In this document: in pieces, positions 22,924-32,043 of the stretch | Layout: every line of letters starts with the position of its first letter | How positions within the stretch are numbered: position 1 is the stretch's first letter | Source: a virus | Taxonomy: Duplodnaviria; Caudoviricetes | DNA length: 64,000 nucleotides | IMG/VR virus record: IMGVR_UViG_3300043093_000048 | Coordinates: 1-64,000 of that record | Direction: 5' to 3' (one strand) | The notes under the pieces: generated by a model | Told to the model about the DNA's origin: nothing | Database searches by the model: none | What the model saw: the letters and a program-made list of their open reading frames with translations, nothing else | Made by a program: the position numbers and the translations under genes

Positions 22924-25900
22924 ATGGGATCATTGAATACTAGTTCAGTATCAAGTGGTGATTATGCTGATATGCGAACTTCTGTAGCATCTGTAAGTAG
23001 TAATAAAGTTCTTTTAGATAATATATCAAATGTATATAATTTTGAAAATATAATTCAATTACCTATGCATTTTTTAAGAAAATATGAAAATATAATTAAA
23101 GCTAATTTAATGGATTATAAAATTTCAGAAAATAGATTTTATAGACCAGAATATGTTTCTTATGATTTATATGGAACTACCGATTTATGGTATTTAATAT
23201 TATTCTGTAATGATTTAAGAAGTCCTATGGAATTAAATTTTACAGATATTAAAGTACCAAATAGTATTTATACTCTTGAAATAATTAATAAATTAAAAAC
23301 AATTGATAATATTACTTCAAGTCATGATAATCCAATATATATTTATAGAAGTCTTTTAAAAGATCTTAATTCTTCTTCAGATAAAGTAATAGATACAGAT
23401 AATTCTTTTATAACTAATACAACTATTCAATTTGAAGATAATATTGATGAATTTAAAGATTGTTATTTTAAAATTAATAGAAAAGATCTATCAAGAGATA
23501 AATATGCTGAAATAAATACAAATAATTTTTATGAATCTGCAGTTAATTTTGGATTTAGACCTGATATTGAGATTTATAAGTCTTTAGGTATTAATGATAA
23601 TGAAAGTCATAATATGTATACGATTAAGAATTTAAAATCAGATACAACTTATTATTTTTTAAAGAGATATTGTGGTAAAATGAATCTTTCAATTGAATCT
23701 AAAGATAGTAATCTTAAATATCATCAAAATATATTAACTAATGAAGAAGTTAATATGTCTCCAGTTATATTAACTTATGATTTAAGAGAAGCAACTTTAG
23801 CTCCAGAATATTTAGTTGAAAATTTAGTATTAAATCATGAAGGTAAAATTTATGAACCTGAAATAATTACTGATAGTGATGGTAATGAATGCTATGGATT
23901 TAATATAAATAGCAAAAGATATGAAATTTTCTTTGATGGTACAGCTTATTATATTGTATTAGAAGAAGATAAACTAAAGAATACAAAGACTATTGAATTA
24001 TTAGAGAATAAAGATGAAATAGATGGTAAACAAATAAACACTTATCATTCTATGAATGAATGGATATTAAATGATAAAGATTCAGTATTAATTAAATTAG
24101 ATGAAGATTCTGAAGATTTATATTTTAATGAAGAATATTATTATAAGGATGGTCAATATGTTTATTCAATTATGTATGATAATGATAATATGCCAAGTGA
24201 TGGCTCTAATACTAGAAATATAGTTTATCGTATTGATATCAATCGTGATTTACAATCAAATACTAATAAATTAAAGAATTATGAATTCTTAGGATTTGAA
24301 TTAAATGTTAGTTGTAAGTTAGAAGGATATTATAATGAAAGTACTAATAGATCTTTAGATAATATTGATTTTTCTCCTTTACAAATAACTTTAGTAAGTA
24401 ATGATTTAGATGATGATGGAGAAAATATTAAATATACTTTTTCTTATCCTTATGGAGTAGCTCCTGCTGAAGTAACTAATTATGAAGAAAATTTTATAGA
24501 TCAATATCTTGATAACGATGAATATGATGAACAACCTAAACTATACAAATTTAAAAGAATAGTTCCTATCATTAAAGATTTTGAAAGCAAAGAAAGACTA
24601 GATATTAAAGAAATATTAGTTTCTACTTATATTAATAATAACAATGATGAAGAAAGTTTTATTGGTAAATTAATTGTATCTTGTGGAACTTTAAAAATAT
24701 TTGGATTAGATTACAAAGATTTAGTTACTGAATTTATGACACCTGAAATGTCTAGTGATTATTCTGATTATTATTTATATTATGATTATAGTTTAAAAAA
24801 TACTAAATATGCTTCAAATAATAATGAAACTAATTATTTTGAACCATATGTTTTTGAAGGAAATACAAATCTTTTAGAAATATTAAGTGATGATATTAAT
24901 TTAAATTATCTATATAGAAATAATTTAAATAATATAAAAGATTATACAACTTTAAGTTCAATAGATAATTCTGAAAGTGATTTAACTGATATTAAAACTT
25001 ATACAATTAATTTGAATAAAACAAAAGAAGAACATTACTTCTTAGAAGGTTTAGGGGCTTCTGATTACCTTAATTATACTTTGTATAAAAAAGATGGAAG
25101 CCTTTTTGATTTAGCAGATAATTATATCTTAGAACTTAAATTAGAAACTTATCTATCTGGTGATACTAATAAAGAGTCTTATAGATATTTTAAAGATAAT
25201 AGAATTTTATTAAATGGTTATACACTAAATCATGAAAAAAATATTCATAGTGATATTCACAAAATGTGTTTAAATCAAAATATTGAATTTTTATTTAATA
25301 AACAGAATGATAATTATTATATGATAAAACTAAGTGAAGAACAATTAACTACTAATAATTCATCTAGTAAAAAGAATAGTAATTCTTCATATATTAATGA
25401 AAATTTATATTTAGATAATTTTAATTCTTATTCATTCTCTGTTAACACTGCTGAAAATGGAGATTCTAATAAAAAATATTATAGTAAATTCAAAAATTGG
25501 TATATAGATGAACAAACAGCAGAATTTTCTAAGAAAATTATTTATACACATTCTAATAATAGATTTTATACTTATCCTGATGGATTATATAAAGTTCTTT
25601 CTGGAGAAGGTACTGATAATTATCAATATTATAAATACGTAGATAATGTTTCAATTAATACTTATCCAATTTTACAAACTAAAGTTTTTAATAGCAATTA
25701 TTTAAATTCTGCAACTAATATTACAGACTCTAATAGATATAATGATAATAAATCAAATTATTATATAAATGTAAAGCATAAAATTTATATTAAAATTAAA
25801 AAAATTAATACTAGTTTTTATATTTATTATAAATTTAATGAAGAAGATGATTATAAAAAATTACATAGCTTTGATGATTTCTATAAATCTATTAATAATG

Positions 25901-25977
25901 GAACATTAGGATTAAAATTCTTAAATACAATACCTTATAATAAAATTGAATTTCTTAGTTATAAAATTGGAAAATAA
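22924..25977 (+). CDS. Baseplate wedge-like protein (N-terminal T4 gp53/LysM-like domain) with long C-terminal extension
   Basis: YRPEYVSYDLYGTTDLWYLILFCN...P..L....IKVP resembles the gp53-type motif; late promoter at 22883. Confidence 0.65.
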   Translation: MGSLNTSSVSSGDYADMRTSVASVSSNKVLLDNISNVYNFENIIQLPMHFLRKYENIIKANLMDYKISENRFYRPEYVSYDLYGTTDLWYLILFCNDLRSPMELNFTDIKVPNSIYTLEIINKLKTIDNITSSHDNPIYIYRSLLKDLNSSSDKVIDTDNSFITNTTIQFEDNIDEFKDCYFKINRKDLSRDKYAEINTNNFYESAVNFGFRPDIEIYKSLGINDNESHNMYTIKNLKSDTTYYFLKRYCGKMNLSIESKDSNLKYHQNILTNEEVNMSPVILTYDLREATLAPEYLVENLVLNHEGKIYEPEIITDSDGNECYGFNINSKRYEIFFDGTAYYIVLEEDKLKNTKTIELLENKDEIDGKQINTYHSMNEWILNDKDSVLIKLDEDSEDLYFNEEYYYKDGQYVYSIMYDNDNMPSDGSNTRNIVYRIDINRDLQSNTNKLKNYEFLGFELNVSCKLEGYYNESTNRSLDNIDFSPLQITLVSNDLDDDGENIKYTFSYPYGVAPAEVTNYEENFIDQYLDNDEYDEQPKLYKFKRIVPIIKDFESKERLDIKEILVSTYINNNNDEESFIGKLIVSCGTLKIFGLDYKDLVTEFMTPEMSSDYSDYYLYYDYSLKNTKYASNNNETNYFEPYVFEGNTNLLEILSDDINLNYLYRNNLNNIKDYTTLSSIDNSESDLTDIKTYTINLNKTKEEHYFLEGLGASDYLNYTLYKKDGSLFDLADNYILELKLETYLSGDTNKESYRYFKDNRILLNGYTLNHEKNIHSDIHKMCLNQNIEFLFNKQNDNYYMIKLSEEQLTTNNSSSKKNSNSSYINENLYLDNFNSYSFSVNTAENGDSNKKYYSKFKNWYIDEQTAEFSKKIIYTHSNNRFYTYPDGLYKVLSGEGTDNYQYYKYVDNVSINTYPILQTKVFNSNYLNSATNITDSNRYNDNKSNYYINVKHKIYIKIKKINTSFYIYYKFNEEDDYKKLHSFDDFYKSINNGTLGLKFLNTIPYNKIEFLSYKIGK

Positions 25978-26123
25978 AATTATATGATGATATATCTTTA
26001 AGATATATCATCATTTTTATTTTAATTTATTATTTAAAATATATATTATATTTGTGTTGGAATTAAATTCTAACATAAATATATCAATGTAAGGAATGCT
26101 TTTAAATATTAGAAAGGACAATT

Positions 26124-27101
26124 ATGAATTTTGAGAATCTAAAAGCAACTTTAAACAAATATTTCAAGAATAAAAAGGTATTGAAATATATTATATGTGG
26201 AATCATTATGACAATAGTCATTATCGCATTATCAGTGACTTTTGTTTGTATGTCATTTGAAAATGTTGACAGTGGAGAGAATAACACATATATTGATTAT
26301 ATTGCCGAAAATGACAATATTATTACATCAAAAGTTGAAGAGACTACTATTGCTTTAGTAACTTCTAAAACAACAGAAAGTACTACAACTACTACTACAA
26401 CAGAAATTTCTTCTACTACAGAAAAAGAAACAACTACTACTGTAGAAGAAACTAAACCTGCAACAACAACTTCTACATCTACTAAGACTACAGAAGAAAC
26501 TACTGTTACTACATCACAAGTAGTAACAACAACTACAGTAGTTACTAAGTCTAATGAAGATATCGCTAAAGAAGTTATTAATGGTTTATGGGGAACTGGT
26601 GATGAAAGAAAATCTAAGCTAACTGCTGCTGGATATGATTATTCTACTATTCAATCAATAGTTGATGAAAGTATGAACAAATACACAACAACCATTGAAT
26701 CAAATAATAGTAATAATACATCATCTGCTTCAAGTTCCACTTCTTCTTATGGTATGAGTTATGTTAAGAATTTCTCAAGAGGAACTTACTATGCTTATGG
26801 TGGTTCTAGATACGGTGGTTCTGGTAGAAGTTTAATTGACTGCTCTTATGGTAATGGAACTGTTAAAGGTTCAATAGCTTCTTCCTATTTATACAATAAT
26901 TATGGGTACAACTATAATGGGAAAAGAACTATGGTATATTTAGAGATAAGTGGCTATCCATCAATGTCTGGTTATTATTATTTGGATGATTCAGATGCTG
27001 GAAATTCTAATGTAATTGACTTCTTCTATTATTATGGAAGTAATTGTCAATTTAGAAATCAGGGAGTAGTTTCAGTTGACTGTTATATAGTAAATTATTA
27101 A
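26124..27101 (+). CDS. Membrane-anchored protein: TM helix, Thr-rich linker, Cpl-7 (CW_7) cell-wall-binding repeat, 3D/DPBB-like C-terminal domain
   Basis: TM IICGIIMTIVIIALSVTFV; KSNEDIAKEVINGLWGTGDERKSKLTAAGYDYSTIQSIV = CW_7; TYY...YYLDD...VIDFF resembles a 3D domain. Confidence 0.7.
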   Translation: MNFENLKATLNKYFKNKKVLKYIICGIIMTIVIIALSVTFVCMSFENVDSGENNTYIDYIAENDNIITSKVEETTIALVTSKTTESTTTTTTTEISSTTEKETTTTVEETKPATTTSTSTKTTEETTVTTSQVVTTTTVVTKSNEDIAKEVINGLWGTGDERKSKLTAAGYDYSTIQSIVDESMNKYTTTIESNNSNNTSSASSSTSSYGMSYVKNFSRGTYYAYGGSRYGGSGRSLIDCSYGNGTVKGSIASSYLYNNYGYNYNGKRTMVYLEISGYPSMSGYYYLDDSDAGNSNVIDFFYYYGSNCQFRNQGVVSVDCYIVNY

Positions 27102-27388
27102 AATATTAATAAAGTCAGAAATAAAATTAAAAGAACATATTGAAATATAGTTGGCGAATTGCATAATACGAAATGCAAAATTTAAATCGCCTTCAATAAT
27201 GTTTAAAACTTCCTTTATTATCATTGATATTATTTATTCAAACGAGAGAAAATTTAATATGTTCAATATAAATTGTTGGTATGCTTAATAATTAATTAAG
27301 TATACCAATTTTTTTTGTCTATTTTTGGATAATTTCTGGATTTAATTTTAAATTCACAATCAACATAAAATTGTGAATCAGATTTTAT

Positions 27389-27464
27389 GTGTCATTAACT
27401 CAGTTGGTAGAGTAACGCCCTTTTAAGGCGTGAGCCAAGGGTTCAAATCCCTTATGACACACCA
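27389..27464 (+). tRNA. tRNA-Lys(UUU)
   Basis: Acceptor GTGTCAT/ATGACAC, anticodon stem ACGCC/GGCGT with loop CTTTTAA, TTCAAAT T-loop, encoded CCA. Confidence 0.95.
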
Positions 27465-27657
27465 AATTTAAGTTTAAATTATAATTATAAACAATTTTTT
27501 TATAATTATAATTTATTCTTTTCCGTTAAAGGTTGAAATTCCTATTATTATTAACCTCCTATAATAATAATGAAATGGTAATTAAATAATCTACCTCTAC
27601 GTGGTATTACTAGAAGATTCTTTTTAATAAGAATACTAAAAGATTATTAATATATAT

Positions 27658-27733
27658 TCTTCCATAGCTCAGTCGGTAGAGCAATCGGCTGTTAACCGAT
27701 TTGTCGTTGGTTCGAGTCCAACTGGGAGAGCCA
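27658..27733 (+). tRNA. tRNA-Asn(GUU)
   Basis: Acceptor TCTTCCA/TGGGAGA, ATCGG-CTGTTAA-CCGAT, GTTGG-TTCGAGT-CCAAC, CCA. Confidence 0.95.
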
Positions 27734-27736
27734 AAT

Positions 27737-28114
27737 GCTGGTATGATGGAATAGGCAGACATAGCGGACTTAAAATTGAAAATTGAGATTTGATATAGGA
27801 ATATATCATCTAAAGGCAGCTAAACGGTTTTAGTTAAATAAGTACTAACTGAAGTTTTTATTGTTGGTAACGAATACACTGATATATCTAAGAAATACTA
27901 CGGTCCTGAAATAATGGATAGCAGTTAATACCGTGCCAAAAACTATTATATAATAGTTTGTGCGTAGAGACTTTATACTGCCCATCCAGAACGGATGTTG
28001 ATAAAGTCCAGACTACAAAATATTTTATTTATAAAATATGTTACGAAAGTAATAGTGGTAAGAAAATCCGCTGATAGCAATATCGTATCGGTTCAAGTCC
28101 GATTACCAGCACCA
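27737..28114 (+). tRNA. trnL: tRNA-Leu(UAA), split by a group I intron (exons 27737-27771 and 28063-28114)
   Basis: Acceptor GCTGGTA/TACCAGC, anticodon stem GCGGA/TCCGC, spliced loop CTT^AAAA, long variable arm, ATCGG-TTCAAGT-CCGAT, ACCA. Confidence 0.92.
27772..28062 (+). mobile_element. ORF-less group I intron in the tRNA-Leu anticodon (291 nt)
   Basis: P1 CUU/AA paired to UUGAG with U-G at the splice site; P3 GGCAG/CUGCC; P4 ACGGU/ACCGU; P7 GACUUU/AAAGUC; P8 CAUCC/GGAUG; terminal G (GGUAAG). Confidence 0.9.
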
Positions 28115-28243
28115 AGCTTTTTAATATATATTTAATTATATATTAAAAAGTATAGCTGAAGTTTGTAAATAGCAGTAATAACATCCTTTTTATGGCAATG
28201 CCAAAAAGCTAAGATTGTCGTGAAGATAAGCTTAGCTTTTATA

Positions 28244-28289
28244 TGAAGGCTATGGGTGTAGTCCGTTCGACTCGGAAAGCCTTCAACCT
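28244..28289 (+). ncRNA. tRNA-like minihelix (acceptor stem plus T-arm only)
   Basis: TGAAGGCT/AGCCTTCA stem enclosing TCCG-TTCGACT-CGGA; no D or anticodon arm; ends ACCT. Confidence 0.4.
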
Positions 28290-28802
28290 CCGATTTTTTT
28301 TATTCTTTGAGTGCGATATGGGAATAATCCTCCGTTCCTAACAACGACCTTTCTGCGGTGATTTATGTGGATATGATAAGTTCGGATTTGTAAAGTGTGT
28401 TAAACGAATAAAAATTTTTGATTTTTCTCCTTTTTAGGGGATTTATTATCGGAAAATAAATCCCCTAACTTTTTAAACAGATATGTTTTAAATTAGTTAA
28501 TAGCTAATTTAATTCTCCAATATTTTCTAAAATAAAAAATTAGTAAGCGATGTGTAACCATAGTAGTTTTTTCATTGTTGGACCTCCAGATATGTATATG
28601 AATGTATAAGGGAATTTATAATATTATTATTATTATAATTTTTTTTTTTTGTCTAAAGGTAGTTTTGCTAATTTTCTACCTTTAGAAATTTTTATTGCTT
28701 AAGTAATTTAATGATACTAAGCTATCATAATAATGGTAGCAACGTATAGGGAAGTTATCACTAAGGATAACGTACTATTCATTGTGGGTTATGAATAGAC
28801 AA

Positions 28803-28881
28803 GGCGGTGTAATCCAATTGGTTGAGATAGATTAAAATTTACTAGAGTCTTTATGTTGGTTCAAGTCCAGCCACCGCCCCA
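28803..28881 (+). pseudogene. Atypical or pseudo-tRNA with enlarged anticodon loop
   Basis: GGCGGTG/CACCGCC acceptor, D-arm with TGG, GTTGG-TTCAAGT-CCAGC T-arm and CCA, but anticodon arm is about 3 nt too long (12-nt loop AAAATTTACTAG). Confidence 0.65.
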
Positions 28882-28887
28882 AATTAA

Positions 28888-28963
28888 TGTCGGATCGGCA
28901 AGTGGTAAGCCAGCAGGTTTTGATCCTGCCATTCCGTAGGTTCGAATCCTACTCCGACAACCA
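28888..28963 (+). tRNA. tRNA-Gln(UUG)
   Basis: TGTCGGA/TCCGACA, GCAGG-TTTTGAT-CCTGC, GTAGG-TTCGAAT-CCTAC, CCA. Confidence 0.95.
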
Positions 28964-28989
28964 AATTATTTCATAGAAAGGATTTTAAA

Positions 28990-30093
28990 ATGAGTAAAAA
29001 ACTTACCAACGAAGAATATCAAACTCGTCTTAATGAAATCTATGAAGAAAACGAATATATAGTCTTAGAGGAATATAAATCCTCTAAGACAAAAATTTTT
29101 CATCTTCATACTAAATGTAATAAAAAATTTAAATCAACACCATATAATCTATTAATTAATAAATGTACCTGTCCAAATTGTAATAATATTAAAAAACATA
29201 ATAAAAGTAATACAGAAGAGTTTAAACAAAAAGTATATAATTTATATAATAATGAATATACTGTTTTAGGTGATTATATTAATAATAAAACTAAAATTAA
29301 AATGCTTCATAATAAATGTAATACCGAATTTGAAATAGCTCCTAATAATTTTTTATTAGGAAGAAAATGTCCTAAGTGTTCTAAAAGATTAAGAAAAAAT
29401 ACTGAAATAGTTAAAAAAGAAATATATGATTTATATAATGATGAATATACTTTATTAAGTGAATATATCAATGATAAAACTAAAATTAAAATTAAGCATA
29501 ATAAATGTAATAATGATTTTGAAGTTAAACCAAGTTATTTTTTAAAAGAAAATGGTACAAGATGTCCTTATTGTTTTGGATCTAAAAAGAAAACTACTGA
29601 AGAATATAAGAAAGAAGTATATAACAAAGTAAAAGATGAATATACTGTATTAGGAGAATATATTAATACAAATACTAAAATATTACATAGACATAATAAA
29701 TGTAATAAAGAATATTTAGTATCTCCTAATAAATTTTTAAATTATAATCGAAGGTGTCCTTATTGTAAATCTTCTAAAGGTGAAGAGAAAATAAGAGAAT
29801 GGTTATTAGAAAATAATATTGTATTTGAAGAACAATATTCATTTTCAGATTGTAAGAATATTAATCCTCTTAAATTTGATTTTAAAATTAATATAAATAA
29901 TTCATTTATATTATTAGAATATGATGGTATACAACATTTTGAAAATACATTTTATACTGATGATTTTGAAAAACAGAAAATAAGAGATAATATTAAAAAT
30001 CAATATTGCGAAAATAATGATTATAAATTAATACGTATTTCTTATAAAGATTATAATAATATAGTTTCTATATTAAATAAATTAATAAAATAA
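28990..30093 (+). CDS. Free-standing zinc-ribbon/EDxHD endonuclease
   Basis: Four HNKC...CPxC repeats plus SKGEEKI...LEYDGIQHF...RDNIKNQYC; immediately downstream of tRNA-Gln. Confidence 0.8.
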   Translation: MSKKLTNEEYQTRLNEIYEENEYIVLEEYKSSKTKIFHLHTKCNKKFKSTPYNLLINKCTCPNCNNIKKHNKSNTEEFKQKVYNLYNNEYTVLGDYINNKTKIKMLHNKCNTEFEIAPNNFLLGRKCPKCSKRLRKNTEIVKKEIYDLYNDEYTLLSEYINDKTKIKIKHNKCNNDFEVKPSYFLKENGTRCPYCFGSKKKTTEEYKKEVYNKVKDEYTVLGEYINTNTKILHRHNKCNKEYLVSPNKFLNYNRRCPYCKSSKGEEKIREWLLENNIVFEEQYSFSDCKNINPLKFDFKININNSFILLEYDGIQHFENTFYTDDFEKQKIRDNIKNQYCENNDYKLIRISYKDYNNIVSILNKLIK

Positions 30094-30144
30094 TAAAATA
30101 AATTCCAATAGAGATTAATCTCTATTGGAAAATTTTTAATTATT

Positions 30145-30624
30145 TTACTTAGCTTTCTTTCTAAGCTCACTCATGATTCTCTTTCTGTCATTAGGCTTTA
30201 ATCTTTCATATAACTGTAATAATTCCATTGTATCGGCTTCAAAAGTTCTTGCACCTGGTAAAAAGCTATTCTTTCTATATAATACACCATTTGTAGAACC
30301 ATAAGTACCCTTAAGTAAACCACCCTTAATAGTATTACCCTTATCTAAATAATATTTAGTAGCAGCAATTCTATCTGGTGAGTCACCTACACCTATATTA
30401 GCTTTAATATCACCAACGAAATCTCCACCACCAATCATTGGAAAAGGATTAGCCTGAATTTCCATTTCATTTAAAGCATCATAATAACCTTCTAAATAAG
30501 CATCATCATAATCATCTTCAAAGTCTACACCATCATCATCATAATCATAAATGTCTAAGTCTTCTTCAGATTCTGATAAAGCATCATAATAACCTTCTAA
30601 ATAAGCATCATCTAAATAACTCAT
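30145..30624 (-). CDS. YLEGYYDAL-tag family protein
   Basis: AYLEGYYDAL twice; 5' region nearly identical in DNA to the gene at 10231. Confidence 0.6.
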   Translation of the reverse strand: MSYLDDAYLEGYYDALSESEEDLDIYDYDDDGVDFEDDYDDAYLEGYYDALNEMEIQANPFPMIGGGDFVGDIKANIGVGDSPDRIAATKYYLDKGNTIKGGLLKGTYGSTNGVLYRKNSFLPGARTFEADTMELLQLYERLKPNDRKRIMSELRKKAK

Positions 30625-30796
30625 AGATAAATAACCTTCTTTCTTTTAAAAATATAATATTTAGTTTTTATTTTTAAGTATATATTATTACGGTGTATTA
30701 TTGAAAAGATAATTAAAAGAGAGGTGAAAATTCATATCTTTTTAAATAATACAATAAAAAATTATTTATTATTTATTTAAATGGAGGAATTTATTT

Positions 30797-31960
30797 ATGA
30801 AATTTTCAGAAGTTAAAGAGATGGTTCTTAATGTTACTTTGGCTGGTTATGTACCTTTTATTCGTGGTCTTCATGGTATTGGAAAGTCTGAAATGATTGA
30901 GTTAATTGCTAATCAAATTTCTGATATTAAAGGAAAAGATGTAACACTTCATACAGTTGATATGTCACATATTAAAGAAGGTGAATTGACTGGTATGCCA
31001 ATTACTGGAAAAGATCCTGAAACAGGTTGTCTTATTAATAGTTACACTACTTATAATCTATTCAATGATGTAATTAGAGAAAGTAATGAAGGATTAATTC
31101 CTATTATTTTCTTTGATGAAGTTAATAGAGCTGATAGAGTAGTATTTAATGAATTAATGCCAATCATCTTGAATAAGAGAGTACAGGAAATCTATCTTCC
31201 AGATGAAACTATCATTATTACTGCAGGAAACCCAGAAGATGTTAGTAAGTATAAAGGTGCTACTGATGATTATTCAGTACTTCCTATGGACCCAGCTCTT
31301 AAAGACAGATTCTTTATCTTTGAATTAGATGTTGATCCAATTGAATGGCTTAATTGGGCGAATGATACTAATGAAGATAATGAGAAAAATATTGACACTG
31401 ATGTCATTGAATTTATTACAGAATACCCAAATATGCTTCATTTCTTAAGTGAAGCAGAAATTAATCCAACTCCTAGAGCGTGGAAAATGTTTTCAGATGT
31501 TTATACAAGAATTAAAAATAATGGAAAGGATTTTAATGATTATAAAGAATCAATCTTTATTTTAGGTGGTTCTAAAATTGGAAGTGATACTACTATTAAT
31601 TTTGTAAGATTCCTTTCAGAAAACAATAATCCAATTTTAAAGGCTAAAGACTTCTTCGGTGTAAATGATGAAACTTTTGATCGTAATATTAAAAAGCTTG
31701 TTGCTGATACACCTACAAGACAGTATATGTCAATGAAGTATTCAACTGAATATTACATCGAAAAACTTGAAGCACTTAAGACAAAGAAAAAGGAAAAAGA
31801 AAATCTTGTAGACACTTATATGAAAATTCTATGGTCCATGCCAAAAGATATTCTTATTGGAACTCTTAAGGAATTAATGACAAATAATAAAAAGGCTTTG
31901 AATGAAATTACAAAAAGAGATCCTAAGAAGATTATTGAAGTACAGAAATATCTTGTTTAA
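30797..31960 (+). CDS. MoxR-like AAA+ ATPase
   Basis: Walker A GLHGIGKS, Walker B IIFFDEVNRA, TAGNP, MDPALKDRF, PTPRAW. Confidence 0.88.
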   Translation: MKFSEVKEMVLNVTLAGYVPFIRGLHGIGKSEMIELIANQISDIKGKDVTLHTVDMSHIKEGELTGMPITGKDPETGCLINSYTTYNLFNDVIRESNEGLIPIIFFDEVNRADRVVFNELMPIILNKRVQEIYLPDETIIITAGNPEDVSKYKGATDDYSVLPMDPALKDRFFIFELDVDPIEWLNWANDTNEDNEKNIDTDVIEFITEYPNMLHFLSEAEINPTPRAWKMFSDVYTRIKNNGKDFNDYKESIFILGGSKIGSDTTINFVRFLSENNNPILKAKDFFGVNDETFDRNIKKLVADTPTRQYMSMKYSTEYYIEKLEALKTKKKEKENLVDTYMKILWSMPKDILIGTLKELMTNNKKALNEITKRDPKKIIEVQKYLV

Positions 31961-32043
31961 TTTAATTTTAATTAAAAACTAAAAATAAATGTAATGCTAT
32001 ATTAAATAGCATTACATTTTTTATTTTAAAGGAGAAGAATAAT

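Noticed and set aside
28244-28289. tmRNA 3' end
   Set aside because: Pairs with its own immediate 5' flank; no G3-U70 acceptor, matching 5' piece or tag ORF found
28803-28881. Amber/ochre suppressor tRNA (loop contains CTA and TTA)
   Set aside because: Neither triplet can be centred in a 7-nt loop on a paired stem
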